Origin: an uncultured Clostridia bacterium
Lineage (GTDB): Bacteria > Bacillota > Clostridia > Oscillospirales > Acutalibacteraceae
Reading direction: 5' to 3'
Assembly (NCBI GenBank): GCA_947624835.1
Contig: CANQLX010000002.1
Span: 427 to 64,426 of the forward strand
Length of the DNA stretch: 64,000 bases
The notes beneath the pieces were generated by a model, which saw nothing but the letters and a program-made list of their open reading frames with translations, made no database searches and had not been told where the DNA came from. A program made the position numbers and the translations under genes. Positions 18,599 through 29,305 of the stretch are shown one piece after another. Each line of letters starts with the position of its first letter. The stretch's first letter is position 1.

Positions 18599-19772
18599 AC
18601 ATTCTTTTTTAATGATCAAAAAGACATTTAGTAATTATTTATTATTGTCTGTTACAGCCTTTTTATCATTTGCCATAATGTTTGGTTATTTGATTTATAC
18701 GGATTCCGAAAGCTATAATAAGTATAAAGATTTGTTCGCTGACAATCCAAATGTAATTTTTTCCTATAACGGTGCCGAAAGTAAAAATGAATTGAGAGCG
18801 GTAACAAAGCAGTTGGATAAGTTATCTGATACTCATTATTATTACATGAGACAGTGTGTTGCTCAGACATCATTCGGAAAGGAATGTGAGGTTAATTTTT
18901 TACCGGGTTATGTATGGGGATTATATTTGACTTCAAATGATAGCGAGGTCGTAACTTCAAGAGCCGCAAGAGCAATGATAAAGGGTAAATACGAAGTTTC
19001 AATTGGTGTTAATGAGGCTTTAGTTTCCCAAAGGGTTTATAACAGCTTAAAACCCGACAAAAACGGGAAAAAACAATTGAAATTGATTTTTACAAATGAT
19101 GAAGGAAAAAGAATATTGAAGAAATATGATGTTGCAGCTGCATATTCGGGTCCGAATGAGTATGATGATCTTGAAACAAATTCCTCTATTGATTCCGTGT
19201 ATTTGAATATCGGTTCCGTTGATGAAGATGAATGCAGTATATTAAATTTAGATCTTGTTATATATACCGAACAAAAGGACTTTGTCATACAACAACTAAA
19301 AAAATCAAACGTTACTTGTGAAGAGGTCTATACGGAACAAAATCAGGCCGTCCGGGATATTAAGAACGGTATCATGAATAAATACTTAATTGCAGCGGTA
19401 CTGTTTATTCTGCTTGGCATTAATCTGTATAGTTCCTTCACGAATGCTTTGAAGGACAGAAAGTTTGAAATTGGTGTTAAAAGAGCGATAGGGGCGAAAA
19501 AAAGCAGCATAATGTTGCAGTTTGTTATAGAGGGATTTACTGTAATGCTTGCAAATACCTTATTGTCCGTATGGACTGTGTTGAGCCTTATGAATGTATA
19601 TAAATTCGTTAAGGAAATCGTTTTTAACGAAAAATATATAGTGACAATAAATACAGAATCGTTAATTCTTTTTGTTGTTTTTACATTCTTTTTAATATTG
19701 ATATTCAGCTTATTATTTGCATATAAGAGTACTAAAGTAGAAATAGTAAAATATCTGAAAGAGGAATTGTAA
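18585..19772 (+). CDS. ABC transporter permease, FtsX/MacB-type
   Basis: TM1, a large extracytoplasmic domain, then 3 C-terminal TM helices with the EIGVKRAIGAKK motif. The start is uncertain (18573 or 18585). Confidence 0.8.
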   Translation: MRIIKHSFLMIKKTFSNYLLLSVTAFLSFAIMFGYLIYTDSESYNKYKDLFADNPNVIFSYNGAESKNELRAVTKQLDKLSDTHYYYMRQCVAQTSFGKECEVNFLPGYVWGLYLTSNDSEVVTSRAARAMIKGKYEVSIGVNEALVSQRVYNSLKPDKNGKKQLKLIFTNDEGKRILKKYDVAAAYSGPNEYDDLETNSSIDSVYLNIGSVDEDECSILNLDLVIYTEQKDFVIQQLKKSNVTCEEVYTEQNQAVRDIKNGIMNKYLIAAVLFILLGINLYSSFTNALKDRKFEIGVKRAIGAKKSSIMLQFVIEGFTVMLANTLLSVWTVLSLMNVYKFVKEIVFNEKYIVTINTESLILFVVFTFFLILIFSLLFAYKSTKVEIVKYLKEEL

Positions 19773-19819
19773 ATTCAGGCGGAAGTTTGTCACTCTGATA
19801 CCTGTTGTACATATTACCC

Positions 19820-19859
19820 GACCCTCGGGAGCCGGATCGGAATCCGGTTTCTGAGGGTC
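19820..19859 (+). terminator. Nested GC-rich hairpin, probable terminator of the ABC operon
   Basis: Outer stem GACCCTC/GAGGGTC and inner stem CCGGAT/ATCCGG, followed by TGTTCTTT. Confidence 0.5.
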
Positions 19860-20097
19860 TGTTCTTTCACGCCGAAATCCGGTCGGGAATTTCTGAGGAT
19901 TAATAAAAATTTTTCTGTTTTTATGTAAGATTTTCCGTGTGGGTTTTCGTCTGTTGAATTTGATATTACCAATCCTGAAACCGTAGTAGATGACGGTATG
20001 ATTTAAGCAATCGGTCATATATCGGGAATCCCTGTACGTAGTATTCACGCACATATATGGGGTAAAGTTATTGTTCGTTTTTGGAAATAAAAGAGTG

Positions 20098-20136
20098 TAC
20101 CGTATATAGTCCTGCGGCTATACGGTAAGTTTTTTG
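20098..20136 (+). terminator. Orphan Rho-independent terminator with no annotated gene upstream
   Basis: 9-bp stem TACCGTATA/TATACGGTA, a 12-nt loop, then AGTTTTTTG. Confidence 0.5.
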
Positions 20137-20278
20137 TTGATTTTTTATGTCGAATTTTGGATTATGCCGCAGAGTATAACAAACTATTGTAATTTGAGGA
20201 AATATGCGGTATAATTGGTATTGTAGAATAATGCGTGAGCATATATTTGTTAAGATTAGAAATACGGAGGAAATAAAA

Positions 20279-21259
20279 ATGCAGAAAAAAGGTGAACTGG
20301 TATCGTTCAGACCTGATATCAAGGTTGTAGACTGTACGTTGAGAGATGGGGGACTTGTAAATGATTTTGCGTTTACTGACGAATTTGTTCATGACCTGTA
20401 CAGGACAAACATTGAATCGGGAATAGACTATATGGAATTTGGATACAAGGCAGACAGGGATATGTTTGACGAAAACAAATTCGGCAAATGGAAGTTCTGT
20501 AATGATGATGACATACTCAAGGTTGTAGGCGATAATGATACAGACCTGAAAATATCCGTTATGGCTGATGTCGGAAGAACTAATTTCAAGAGGGATATCA
20601 TAAATAAGGCGGACAGTCCTATTGATTTAGTGCGTGTTGCAACTTATATCAATACCATTCCGGCTGCCATTGAGATTGTGGAATACTGCAAGAATAAGGG
20701 CTACGAAACAACCATCAATATAATGGCTATATCAAAGTCAAATGACAGTGATCTCGAGGACGGTCTTGAGATAATCGGAAAAAGCTGTGTTGACATGGTC
20801 TATATAGTTGATAGCTATGGCTCACTTTACCCCGAACAGATGCGCAGGCTTGCCGAAAAGTATCTTGAAATGGGAGATAAATATAACAAGAAGATAGGTA
20901 TTCATGCACATAACAATCAGCAGCTTGCTTTTGCCAATACAATAGAAGCACTCACGATGGGTGTGAGCTATCTTGATTCAACGGTAAGCAGCATGGGACG
21001 TGGTGCAGGAAACTGTCCTACGGAGCTTCTTCTCGGTTTCCTGAAAAATCCCAAGTATCACATTACGCCCGTACTTGAATTTATAGAGAAACACATAAAC
21101 AAGCTCAAGGCAGACGGCATTGTATGGGGTTATGACGTACCTTATCTCCTTACAGGCAGGCTCAATCAGCACCCGAGAGATGCAATTCAGTTTACAGCCG
21201 ACAAAAGAACAGATTATGCCGACTTTTTCCGCTACCTCTACGACAAAGACGTATTCTAA
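20279..21259 (+). CDS. DRE-TIM metallolyase (HMGL-like / pyruvate carboxyltransferase-type aldolase) family protein
   Basis: ATG at 20279 after an ACGGAGGAAA RBS. N-terminal DCTLRDGG motif and HAHNNQQLAFAN metal-site motif. Confidence 0.7.
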   Translation: MQKKGELVSFRPDIKVVDCTLRDGGLVNDFAFTDEFVHDLYRTNIESGIDYMEFGYKADRDMFDENKFGKWKFCNDDDILKVVGDNDTDLKISVMADVGRTNFKRDIINKADSPIDLVRVATYINTIPAAIEIVEYCKNKGYETTINIMAISKSNDSDLEDGLEIIGKSCVDMVYIVDSYGSLYPEQMRRLAEKYLEMGDKYNKKIGIHAHNNQQLAFANTIEALTMGVSYLDSTVSSMGRGAGNCPTELLLGFLKNPKYHITPVLEFIEKHINKLKADGIVWGYDVPYLLTGRLNQHPRDAIQFTADKRTDYADFFRYLYDKDVF

Positions 21260-21531
21260 GCGGCGTCGTGCCGACGATATATTCCCTCACTGCGTTTGCC
21301 CTGATTTGTGGCGACAAGTATGCTTATGCAGCGGTAGGCTGCCGGTTGTAAATATTGATAAAGTATGGTGAAAGCCCCTTGTGAGGCTTTCCACAATAAG
21401 AAATATATTCTTATAACCTGTTTGCTTGGGTAAGTATATGGTCGAGCCATAAACTGATTGATCTGAGTGAATTGGCTGCGTATTGACAGCGGGGGTACCC
21501 CGCTTGCCCTTTTCGATAAAGGAGAGTAATT

Positions 21532-22998
21532 ATGACACTTGAGAAACTTCTTGCAAAGCTTGATTATATCGTTGTTTCCGGTAGGACGGATGTGGAAATA
21601 TCGGATGTTATATATGATTCACGGAAAATTGTTAAGGACTGCGTTTTCGTCTGTCTTATCGGCTCTGCCTTTGACGGGCATAAGTTTGCACAGAATGCTT
21701 CAGATATGGGTGCTGCTGCTGTTGTTGTGAGTGAGGATATTGACGTAAACGGTGCGGCTGTCATTAAGGTTGAGGATACAAGAAAGGCTCTTGCCATGAT
21801 GTCCGTTGAGTACTTCGGCAATCCTGCCGGGGAGCTTACAACTGTGGGCATTACGGGAACCAAGGGAAAAACAACGACCGCATCAATGGTACATTCGATT
21901 CTTGAAAAGGGCGGCATCAAAACGGGAATTATCGGTACTCTCGGTATAATTATAGGCGATAAGCATATAAAGACAAATAATACAACACCGGAATCCTATG
22001 AAATACAAAAGGCAATGCGGCAGATGATTGACGAAGGCTGTAAATGCTGCGTTATGGAGGCTTCCTCGCTCGGAATAAAGTGGCACAGAACAGACGGATT
22101 TGTTTTTGATTACGGAATCTTCACAAATTTCTCACACGATCACATAGGCGGAGTGGAGCATCCTACAATGGAGGATTATCTGCACTGTAAATCACTGTTA
22201 TTCAGACAGTGTAGGGTTGGTATCATGAATATTGATGATCCGATGTATGAGAAAATGCTCGAGGGACATACCTGTACGGTTGAAACCTATGGCTGTAATG
22301 AGGGCGCAGAGCTTAGAGCATCAGGTGCAGGTCTTATTTCTCGTGCCGGGTATCTCGGTGTGCATTTTAAGCTTAGCGGCTGTCTTTCCATGGATATTGA
22401 TGTTGCAATACCCGGTATGTTTACCGTGCATAATGCACTTGCCGCAATAGCCGTTTGCAGACATTTTGATATTAAGGAAAAGAATATATATGACGGACTT
22501 AACGAGGTCAAGGTAAAGGGAAGAGTTGAGAGCGTCAGGGTGCCGGGGAACTATACATTACTTATAGATTATGCCCATAATGCCGTCAGCATGGAAAATA
22601 TTCTCACCACACTCCGAGAATATAACCCGAAAAGGCTTATAACCCTTTTCGGTGCCGGAGGAAACAGACCGAGGGACAGACGTTTTGAAATGGGTGAAAT
22701 ATCGGGAAAGCTGTCTGATCTGTCTGTTGTGACAGAGGATAATTCCCGTATGGAGGCTGTTGAGGATATAATTGCAGATATAAAGGTCGGACTTGATAAG
22801 ACTGACGGAAAATATATAACCATACCCGACAGGACAGATGCTATACGCTATTGTATGGAAAATGCACAAGACGGCGATATTATTGTCCTTGCCGGAAAAG
22901 GTCACGAGGATTATCAGGATAAAAACGGTGTTAAGACACATTATGACGAACGTGAGGTAATAGCCGGAATTTTGAAAGAAATGACGGAGAATGTATGA
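21532..22998 (+). CDS. murE: UDP-N-acetylmuramoyl-L-alanyl-D-glutamate--diamino acid ligase
   Basis: Mur ligase P-loop GITGTKGKTTT and IDYAHN. Adjacent to and overlapping murF. Confidence 0.9.
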   Translation: MTLEKLLAKLDYIVVSGRTDVEISDVIYDSRKIVKDCVFVCLIGSAFDGHKFAQNASDMGAAAVVVSEDIDVNGAAVIKVEDTRKALAMMSVEYFGNPAGELTTVGITGTKGKTTTASMVHSILEKGGIKTGIIGTLGIIIGDKHIKTNNTTPESYEIQKAMRQMIDEGCKCCVMEASSLGIKWHRTDGFVFDYGIFTNFSHDHIGGVEHPTMEDYLHCKSLLFRQCRVGIMNIDDPMYEKMLEGHTCTVETYGCNEGAELRASGAGLISRAGYLGVHFKLSGCLSMDIDVAIPGMFTVHNALAAIAVCRHFDIKEKNIYDGLNEVKVKGRVESVRVPGNYTLLIDYAHNAVSMENILTTLREYNPKRLITLFGAGGNRPRDRRFEMGEISGKLSDLSVVTEDNSRMEAVEDIIADIKVGLDKTDGKYITIPDRTDAIRYCMENAQDGDIIVLAGKGHEDYQDKNGVKTHYDEREVIAGILKEMTENV

Positions 22999-24398
22999 TG
23001 AATAATAAGGATATTTTTATAATTGACAGAAACCTTACAGCAAAAAAAATTGCTGAGGCTGTTGGTGGGGAAATTCTCTGCGGTGATCCTGCTGCAAAGA
23101 TAAGTAATGTACAGTTTGACAGCAGGGCAGTGGCTGAAGGTTCTCTTTTCGTTCCGATAAAGGGAGAAAAGGTTGATGCTCACAGGTTTATTGGAGATTG
23201 TTTGCGAAGGGGAGCAAGTGCAGCATTGACCGAATATGATATTCCTGAGAATACCTATGGCAAGGTATGTATAAAGGTTGATAATACCCTTGATGCATTG
23301 CAAAGGCTTGCTGCTTGGTACAGGAGTCAATTTTCCATGAGGCTCGTTGGAGTTACGGGAAGTGTCGGAAAAACAAGTACAAAGGAAATGATAGCCGCTG
23401 CACTTTCCGGAAGTCTTGATGTTATGAAAACTCAGGGCAATAAGAACAGCCAGATAGGTATGCCCTGTACAATGTTTGATATCAAGGAGGAAAATGAGGC
23501 GGCAGTTATAGAAATGGGTATGTCTGAGTTTGGCGAAATGGACAGGCTCTGCGATGTTGCAAGACCCGATATTGCTGTTATGACGAACATAGGTAAGGCA
23601 CATATTGAAAATTTGAAAACTCAAGAAAATATTATGTCTGAGAAATTCAAAATTACAAAGCACTTTAGTAAGGAAAGTATTTTATTTCTTAACGGTGACG
23701 ACAGGCTTTTGAGGACACTCCATAATAAACAGTTTTTTAGAACGGTTACATTCGGTTTTTCTGATGACTGCGATTATAGGGCGGAAAATATAAGGACAGA
23801 GGGTCTTAATACTGTATTCACATTATGTAGGGGTGGAAGAACCGAGGAAATAACAATACCTGCACTCGGTGAGCATAGCGTAAGAAATGCACTTGCGGCG
23901 ATAGGTGTAGGGGAGGCACTCGGTCTTGATACCAAAAAAATACAAAGCGGTCTGATGACGTATAAAAATGCTCCGATGCGTCAGCAGATATATAAGCTTA
24001 AGGGAATTACGCTTATAGACGACAGCTATAATGCGAGTCCGGAGGCTACTGTTGTATCGCTTGATGTTTTGAAGAGCATCTCCAAGGGTAAGTCAATAGC
24101 CGTTCTTGCGGATATGCTTGAATTGGGCGAACAGGCTGAAGGTGAACATTATTCTGTAGGAAAGGCTCTTGCGGAAAAGGGGATAGACGCTCTTGTTGCC
24201 GTAGGACCGCTTTCCGAAATTACTGCAAAAGGGGCGAGTGACAGCGGTTGTATTAATGTATTTACCGCTGAAACAAATGATGAGGCATATGAAAGGCTTA
24301 AGGGGCTTATCTCCGCTGACTGTACAGTGCTTGTAAAAGGCTCGAGAGGTATGCATACGGAGGAGGTTGTAAAAAAACTTCTTTCGGATTATAATTGA
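22995..24398 (+). CDS. murF: UDP-N-acetylmuramoyl-tripeptide--D-alanyl-D-alanine ligase
   Basis: GVTGSVGKTSTKEM P-loop and DDSYNASP motif. Confidence 0.9.
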   Translation: MMNNKDIFIIDRNLTAKKIAEAVGGEILCGDPAAKISNVQFDSRAVAEGSLFVPIKGEKVDAHRFIGDCLRRGASAALTEYDIPENTYGKVCIKVDNTLDALQRLAAWYRSQFSMRLVGVTGSVGKTSTKEMIAAALSGSLDVMKTQGNKNSQIGMPCTMFDIKEENEAAVIEMGMSEFGEMDRLCDVARPDIAVMTNIGKAHIENLKTQENIMSEKFKITKHFSKESILFLNGDDRLLRTLHNKQFFRTVTFGFSDDCDYRAENIRTEGLNTVFTLCRGGRTEEITIPALGEHSVRNALAAIGVGEALGLDTKKIQSGLMTYKNAPMRQQIYKLKGITLIDDSYNASPEATVVSLDVLKSISKGKSIAVLADMLELGEQAEGEHYSVGKALAEKGIDALVAVGPLSEITAKGASDSGCINVFTAETNDEAYERLKGLISADCTVLVKGSRGMHTEEVVKKLLSDYN

Positions 24399-24413
24399 AT
24401 AATGTCAAACAAA

Positions 24414-24456
24414 AATGAGTTGCCGACCGGCTTTATAAGCCTGTCAGCAACTCATT
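24414..24456. terminator. Bidirectional terminator between murF and dnaJ
   Basis: AATGAGTTGC ... GCAACTCATT long hairpin, flanked by A-rich sequence on the left and T-rich sequence on the right. Confidence 0.6.
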
Positions 24457-24486
24457 TTATTACATAAGTCTGCGATATTGCAAACA

Positions 24487-25638
24487 TTAATCCTTAAATA
24501 ATTTTTTTACCTTGTCAAAAAAGCTTGAGCGTTTTTGGTAATTCTTTCCCGTGCAGGTTTTATCGAATTGTTCAAGTATTCTTCTTTGTTCGTCTGTGAG
24601 ATTTCTCGGAACCTCTATCGTTACTTTGACATATTGATCGCCCCTGCCCCTTGAATTAAGGTGCTGGATACCCTTGCCTTTAAGCTTGAAAATATCTCCG
24701 GGCTGTGTTCCGGGATGTACGGTATAACTCGACTTTCCGTCAAGAGTAGGAACGGTCATTTCATGTCCGAGGGCAGCCTGTGCGAAGGTTATGGGGATTT
24801 CACACCATACATCGTCACCCTTACGCTCGAAAATATCATGCTTCCTGACATTGACATATACATGGAGATCTCCGGCCGGTCCGCCGTTATATCCGCTGTT
24901 GCCGTGACCTCCGATATTCAGTATTTGATCTTGGCTTATGCCTGCCGGTACGGTTACGGTCAGTGTCTTTGAGGAACGTATTCTTCCTACACCTGAGCAT
25001 TTCGGACATGGTGTTTCAATGATCTTTCCTTTGCCCTGACACTTCTCGCAGGTTTGTGTTGTCTGAATTGGACCGAAAGGAGTTCCCTTTCTCACAGTTA
25101 CCTGACCCGAACCGTTACATTGCGGGCAGGTTTTAAGATTGGTTCCAGCAGCTGCTCCCGAGCCTGCACATGATTTACAGGTTTCCACTTTTTTGTATGT
25201 AACCTCTTTTTTGCAGCCCTTTGCAGCTTCCTCAAAATCGATTGTGATTGATGCTTCTATATCTGAGCCTCTTCTCGGAGCATTTTGATTTCTCGGACTT
25301 CTCCCGCCGCCGAAGCCGCCGAAAAAGCTGTTGAAAATATCACCTAAATCTATATCCTGACCGAACGGGTTTCCTCCGCCGTATGCGGTTGAGCCTGCAC
25401 CATAATTCGGATCAACTCCCGCAAAGCCGTATCTGTCATATCTTGAACGCTTATCTCTGTCGGAAAGAACCTCATATGCCTCGTTTATCTCTTTAAATTT
25501 AGCTTCAGCTTCCTTATCACCCGGGTTAAGGTCGGGATGATATTTTTTCGCCTGTTTGCGGAATGCCTTTTTGATTTCATCCTCCGAGGAGCCCTTCTGT
25601 ACTCCAAGTACCTCGTAATAATCACGTTTATCTGCCAA
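24487..25638 (-). CDS. dnaJ: Molecular chaperone DnaJ
   Basis: J-domain with HPD (KYHPDLNP), a G/F-rich region, and four CxxCxGxG zinc-finger repeats. Confidence 0.95.
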   Translation of the reverse strand: MADKRDYYEVLGVQKGSSEDEIKKAFRKQAKKYHPDLNPGDKEAEAKFKEINEAYEVLSDRDKRSRYDRYGFAGVDPNYGAGSTAYGGGNPFGQDIDLGDIFNSFFGGFGGGRSPRNQNAPRRGSDIEASITIDFEEAAKGCKKEVTYKKVETCKSCAGSGAAAGTNLKTCPQCNGSGQVTVRKGTPFGPIQTTQTCEKCQGKGKIIETPCPKCSGVGRIRSSKTLTVTVPAGISQDQILNIGGHGNSGYNGGPAGDLHVYVNVRKHDIFERKGDDVWCEIPITFAQAALGHEMTVPTLDGKSSYTVHPGTQPGDIFKLKGKGIQHLNSRGRGDQYVKVTIEVPRNLTDEQRRILEQFDKTCTGKNYQKRSSFFDKVKKLFKD

Positions 25639-25753
25639 TTATACCACCCCGAATAGTAAATAATACCTTTATTTCCTGTTGTTTCTTATATAACCGCCAA
25701 AAGGGAAAAGCTAATCCCGGCTTTCCCCCCATGGCTTGATTTCTCAGTTAAGC

Positions 25754-27583
25754 TTAGTTGTTGTTATTGTTGTCGTCAACATCTGTGTAATCTGCATTAT
25801 ACACGCCGTTATTCTCCTCCGGAGCCTGCTGTGCAGCGGCACCCTGAGCGGCAGCATCCTGATATAGCTTCTCTGATACTGCATACATTGATTTTTGGAG
25901 ATCGTCCTTTGCGGACTGAACAACCTCAAGATCCGTTCCTGCAAGTGCCGATTTTACTGCTGCAACCTTAGTATTGAGTGTTTCCTTGTCCTGATCGGAA
26001 ATATGCTCGCCGTTTTCGCTGAGAAGCTTTTCAACGGCATAAACAAGGTTTTCTGCCTCATTTCTCTTGTCAACCTCTTCCCTGCGTTTCTTATCCTCGG
26101 CTGCATACTGCTCCGCATCCTTGATAGCCTTTTCTATGTCATCCTTGTTCATGTTTGTGCTTGAGGTAATCGTTATATGCTGCTCTCTGCCTGTGCCGAG
26201 ATCTTTTGCGGATACATTAACTATACCGTTGGCATCTATATCAAATGTAACCTCAATCTGCGGAACGCCCCTCATAGCCGGAGCTATACCATCGAGCTTA
26301 AAAAGACCGAGCTGCTTGTTGTCTTTTGCAAATTCTCTCTCACCCTGAAGAACATTTACCTCAACCTGAGTCTGATTATCAACAGCTGTGGAGAATATCT
26401 GACTCTTCTTCGTAGGTATTGTTGTATTTCTCTCAATGATTTTTGTCATAATACCGCCCTGCGTTTCAACACCGAGTGAAAGCGGTGTTACATCAAGAAG
26501 GAGAAGTCCCTGTACATCACCTGCAAGCACACCTGCCTGAATAGCTGCACCTATTGCAACACATTCATCGGGGTTAATGCCCTTGAAGGGATCCTTGCCT
26601 ATAAGGGATTTAACAGCTTCCTGTACAGCAGGTATTCTTGAAGAACCGCCGACCATGAGAACTTTGTCAATCTCGTTAATTGATATTCCCGAATCTGAAA
26701 GTGCCTGACGGACAGGGCCCATTGTTTTTTCCACAAGGTCTGCCGTAAGCTCGTTAAATTTTGCTCTTGTGAGAGTATAGTCAAGGTGCTTTGAGCCGTT
26801 GGCATCTGCTGCTATAAAGGGAATATTAATTTGGGCTGTTGTTATTCCGGAAAGCTCAATTTTAGCCTTTTCTGCTTCGTCCTTAAGACGCTGCATAGCT
26901 GTTTTATCTCCGGAAAGGTCTATACCCTCGTCATTCTTAAAGCTCTGAACGAGCCAGTCAATAATCTTCTGGTCAAAATCGTCGCCGCCGAGGTGGTTAT
27001 TACCTGCCGTTGCAAGAACCTCCTGAACGCCATCGCCCATTTCTATAATAGATACATCGAATGTACCGCCGCCAAGGTCATATACCATTATCTTTTGGTC
27101 ATTTTCCTTATCTACACCATATGAGAGGGCAGCGGCTGTAGGTTCATTAATTATACGTTTAACTTCAAGACCTGCAATCTTACCGGCGTCCTTTGTTGCC
27201 TGACGCTGTGCATCGGTAAAGTAAGCCGGTACTGTGATAACCGCCTGTGTAACTGTCTCTCCGAGATAAGCTTCTGCGTCCTTTTTGAGCTTTGTGAGGA
27301 TCATTGCGGAAATTTCCTGCGGTGTATATTCCTTCCCACCGAGATTTACCTTGTATGAAGAACCCATATGTCTTTTTATTGATGCTATTGTTCTGTCAGG
27401 GTTTGACACTGCCTGACGCTTTGCAACCTGTCCCACAAGTCTTTCTCCGTTTTTGGAAAAAGCGACAACGGACGGTGTTGTTCTTGCACCCTCAGCATTA
27501 GGAATAACTACAGGCTCACCGCCTTCGATTACTGCAACGCAGGAGTTTGTTGTACCAAGGTCGATACCGATTGTCTTTGCCAT
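25754..27583 (-). CDS. dnaK: Molecular chaperone DnaK (Hsp70)
   Basis: [18 protein letters not shown] and VGGSSRIP signatures. Confidence 0.97.
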   Translation of the reverse strand: MAKTIGIDLGTTNSCVAVIEGGEPVVIPNAEGARTTPSVVAFSKNGERLVGQVAKRQAVSNPDRTIASIKRHMGSSYKVNLGGKEYTPQEISAMILTKLKKDAEAYLGETVTQAVITVPAYFTDAQRQATKDAGKIAGLEVKRIINEPTAAALSYGVDKENDQKIMVYDLGGGTFDVSIIEMGDGVQEVLATAGNNHLGGDDFDQKIIDWLVQSFKNDEGIDLSGDKTAMQRLKDEAEKAKIELSGITTAQINIPFIAADANGSKHLDYTLTRAKFNELTADLVEKTMGPVRQALSDSGISINEIDKVLMVGGSSRIPAVQEAVKSLIGKDPFKGINPDECVAIGAAIQAGVLAGDVQGLLLLDVTPLSLGVETQGGIMTKIIERNTTIPTKKSQIFSTAVDNQTQVEVNVLQGEREFAKDNKQLGLFKLDGIAPAMRGVPQIEVTFDIDANGIVNVSAKDLGTGREQHITITSSTNMNKDDIEKAIKDAEQYAAEDKKRREEVDKRNEAENLVYAVEKLLSENGEHISDQDKETLNTKVAAVKSALAGTDLEVVQSAKDDLQKSMYAVSEKLYQDAAAQGAAAQQAPEENNGVYNADYTDVDDNNNNN

Positions 27584-27661
27584 AATTGTTACCTCCGAAA
27601 ATTATTTTATATTGTTTATTGTCCGGCTTTAAGCCGACGTTGTGTAAGATTAGGTTTTCTC

Positions 27662-28195
27662 TCAATTTGAGATTATTACCATTGCATGACGGATTATTTT
27701 ATCGCCTACCTTGTATCCCTTCTGATAAACAGAGGCAATACAATCCTCTTCCAGCTCGTCATCATCAACCCTTGATACTGCATCGTGAAGCTGCGGGTCA
27801 AACTGTTCTCCTCTTTCGCCAAACTGCTCGACATTAAGCTTCTTGAAAGCGTTCTCAAGTTGTTTGTTTATCATATCAAGCCCCTTCATAAATTCGTCAC
27901 TTGCACCGTCTGTTGAGGTAAGGGCGAGGGTGAAGCTGTCTGCAACAGGAAGAAAGGCTTCGACAGTTGTTGCAAGTGCATTGTCGAATGTTGCAAGCTT
28001 TTCCTTTTCTGTTCTTTTGCGGAAATTATCATATTCTGCCGCCATTCTCAAAAACTGGTCCTTTTGCACGTCAAATTCAGCCTTAAGCTTATCATATTCT
28101 TCCTTACTGACCGTTTCGGGAGCCTGCTCTTCCGTTTCAACGGTTTCATTCTTTTCCTTATCTACTTCAGGCTTAGTATTTTTCTTTCTTGTCAA
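27662..28195 (-). CDS. grpE: Nucleotide exchange factor GrpE
   Basis: Acidic N-terminus, a coiled coil, and a C-terminal GrpE beta-domain (FDPQLHDAV...GYKVGDKIIRHAMV). Lies between hrcA and dnaK. Confidence 0.9.
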   Translation of the reverse strand: MTRKKNTKPEVDKEKNETVETEEQAPETVSKEEYDKLKAEFDVQKDQFLRMAAEYDNFRKRTEKEKLATFDNALATTVEAFLPVADSFTLALTSTDGASDEFMKGLDMINKQLENAFKKLNVEQFGERGEQFDPQLHDAVSRVDDDELEEDCIASVYQKGYKVGDKIIRHAMVIISN

Positions 28196-28230
28196 AATAC
28201 ATTCTCCTTTCTTATTATACCTTTTTATGC

Positions 28231-29262
28231 TTATCCGTATTCAATTAGTTCCGAAAGCATATTGCCCACAATATCCGAGGTGTATTCAAGAGCAGATACT
28301 ATTTTTGGATAATTCATTCTCACAGGACCTATAAGTGCAAGCACACCGCTACATTCGGGTGTGGATGTATAATGAGATGCTATCACACTCAGCCTTGATA
28401 GGGCAGGATGATTTATCTCACTTCCTATAAGTATGCTCGCTTTTGAATCAGCACCCATAAGAAGCTTTTCAAGTTCTCTTGAATGGCTCAGCAGCTCCAT
28501 AACTCTTTTGCCGTCGCCTGATGCGAGTTCGGTCATGGTAAAAAAGTTTGATTGTCCCTTGACAGCCGCATTTGCGGCGGATGCGTCCTTTGCGGCATCG
28601 TTCACTGCAAGCAGAACATTTGTCATGAGTATTGACATTTCACCGAGAGCTGCTGCGGAGCTTTGCATAAAGGCAGGTGTTACGTCGGTTACGGAAATAC
28701 CGGAAAATCGTTCGTTCATTGTCTTTTCAAACATCTCCGTGAGTTCGGGTGTTATGATAAAATCGCACCTGAAGAGTTTGGTTTTTACCGAGCCGGTTGA
28801 CGTTATCAAAATGACCATTGCGGTACATCTGCCGGTCTGGATAAATCTGATTTTTTTAATTGTTGCAGCTTCACCCGGGGGGGATGTAGCCACAGCAACG
28901 CAGCCCGTCATTTCTGACAAAAGTGCCGCCGCACCCTCAAGCAGATGATCGGGAGCATCCGAAGTGGGATACAACATATCATAAATATGAGATTGCTCAT
29001 ATTTTGTCAAAGGTATTCTTTTCATAAGCTTATCTACATATATTCTGTATCCAAGCTCAGTCGGAATACGTCCTGAAGAAGTGTGAGTCTGTTCAAGCAG
29101 ACCGAGGGAAGCAAGCTCAGCCATATCATTTCTGATTGTAGCGGAGGAAACATTGAAATCAAGATTTTCGCACAGGGCTTTTGAACCGACAGGCTCTCCT
29201 GTTTTTATGAATGCCTCCACGACCGCTTCGAGAATCTTAAGTTTTCTTTGGGCCGGTTCCAT
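28231..29262 (-). CDS. hrcA: Heat-inducible transcription repressor HrcA
   Basis: N-terminal winged helix (RKLKILEAVVEAFIKTGEPVGSKAL). First gene of the hrcA-grpE-dnaK-dnaJ order, with CIRCE upstream. Confidence 0.9.
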   Translation of the reverse strand: MEPAQRKLKILEAVVEAFIKTGEPVGSKALCENLDFNVSSATIRNDMAELASLGLLEQTHTSSGRIPTELGYRIYVDKLMKRIPLTKYEQSHIYDMLYPTSDAPDHLLEGAAALLSEMTGCVAVATSPPGEAATIKKIRFIQTGRCTAMVILITSTGSVKTKLFRCDFIITPELTEMFEKTMNERFSGISVTDVTPAFMQSSAAALGEMSILMTNVLLAVNDAAKDASAANAAVKGQSNFFTMTELASGDGKRVMELLSHSRELEKLLMGADSKASILIGSEINHPALSRLSVIASHYTSTPECSGVLALIGPVRMNYPKIVSALEYTSDIVGNMLSELIEYG

Positions 29263-29278
29263 TCAAGCCACCTCCATG

Positions 29279-29305
29279 TTAGCACTCTCGATATCCGAGT
29301 GCTAA
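29279..29305 (-). promoter_or_regulatory. CIRCE operator (HrcA binding site)
   Basis: Perfect TTAGCACTC-N9-GAGTGCTAA inverted repeat 17 nt upstream of the hrcA start. A candidate promoter TTGACA (29338-29343, minus strand)-17-TACATT lies just upstream. Confidence 0.9.

Noticed and set aside
19713-20054. 113-aa minus-strand ORF in the gap after the ABC operon
   Set aside because: It overlaps the 3' end of the permease gene, has no RBS and has no recognisable family. The region is treated as non-coding, though a relic of a decayed gene cannot be excluded.
22941-23663. 240-aa ORF on the minus strand
   Set aside because: It is antisense to murF, which has clear Mur-ligase motifs. There are no motifs or start context, so it is a shadow ORF.
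28433-28948. 171-aa plus-strand ORF inside hrcA
   Set aside because: It is antisense to hrcA within a conserved heat-shock operon. It is an Ala/Ser-rich shadow frame.
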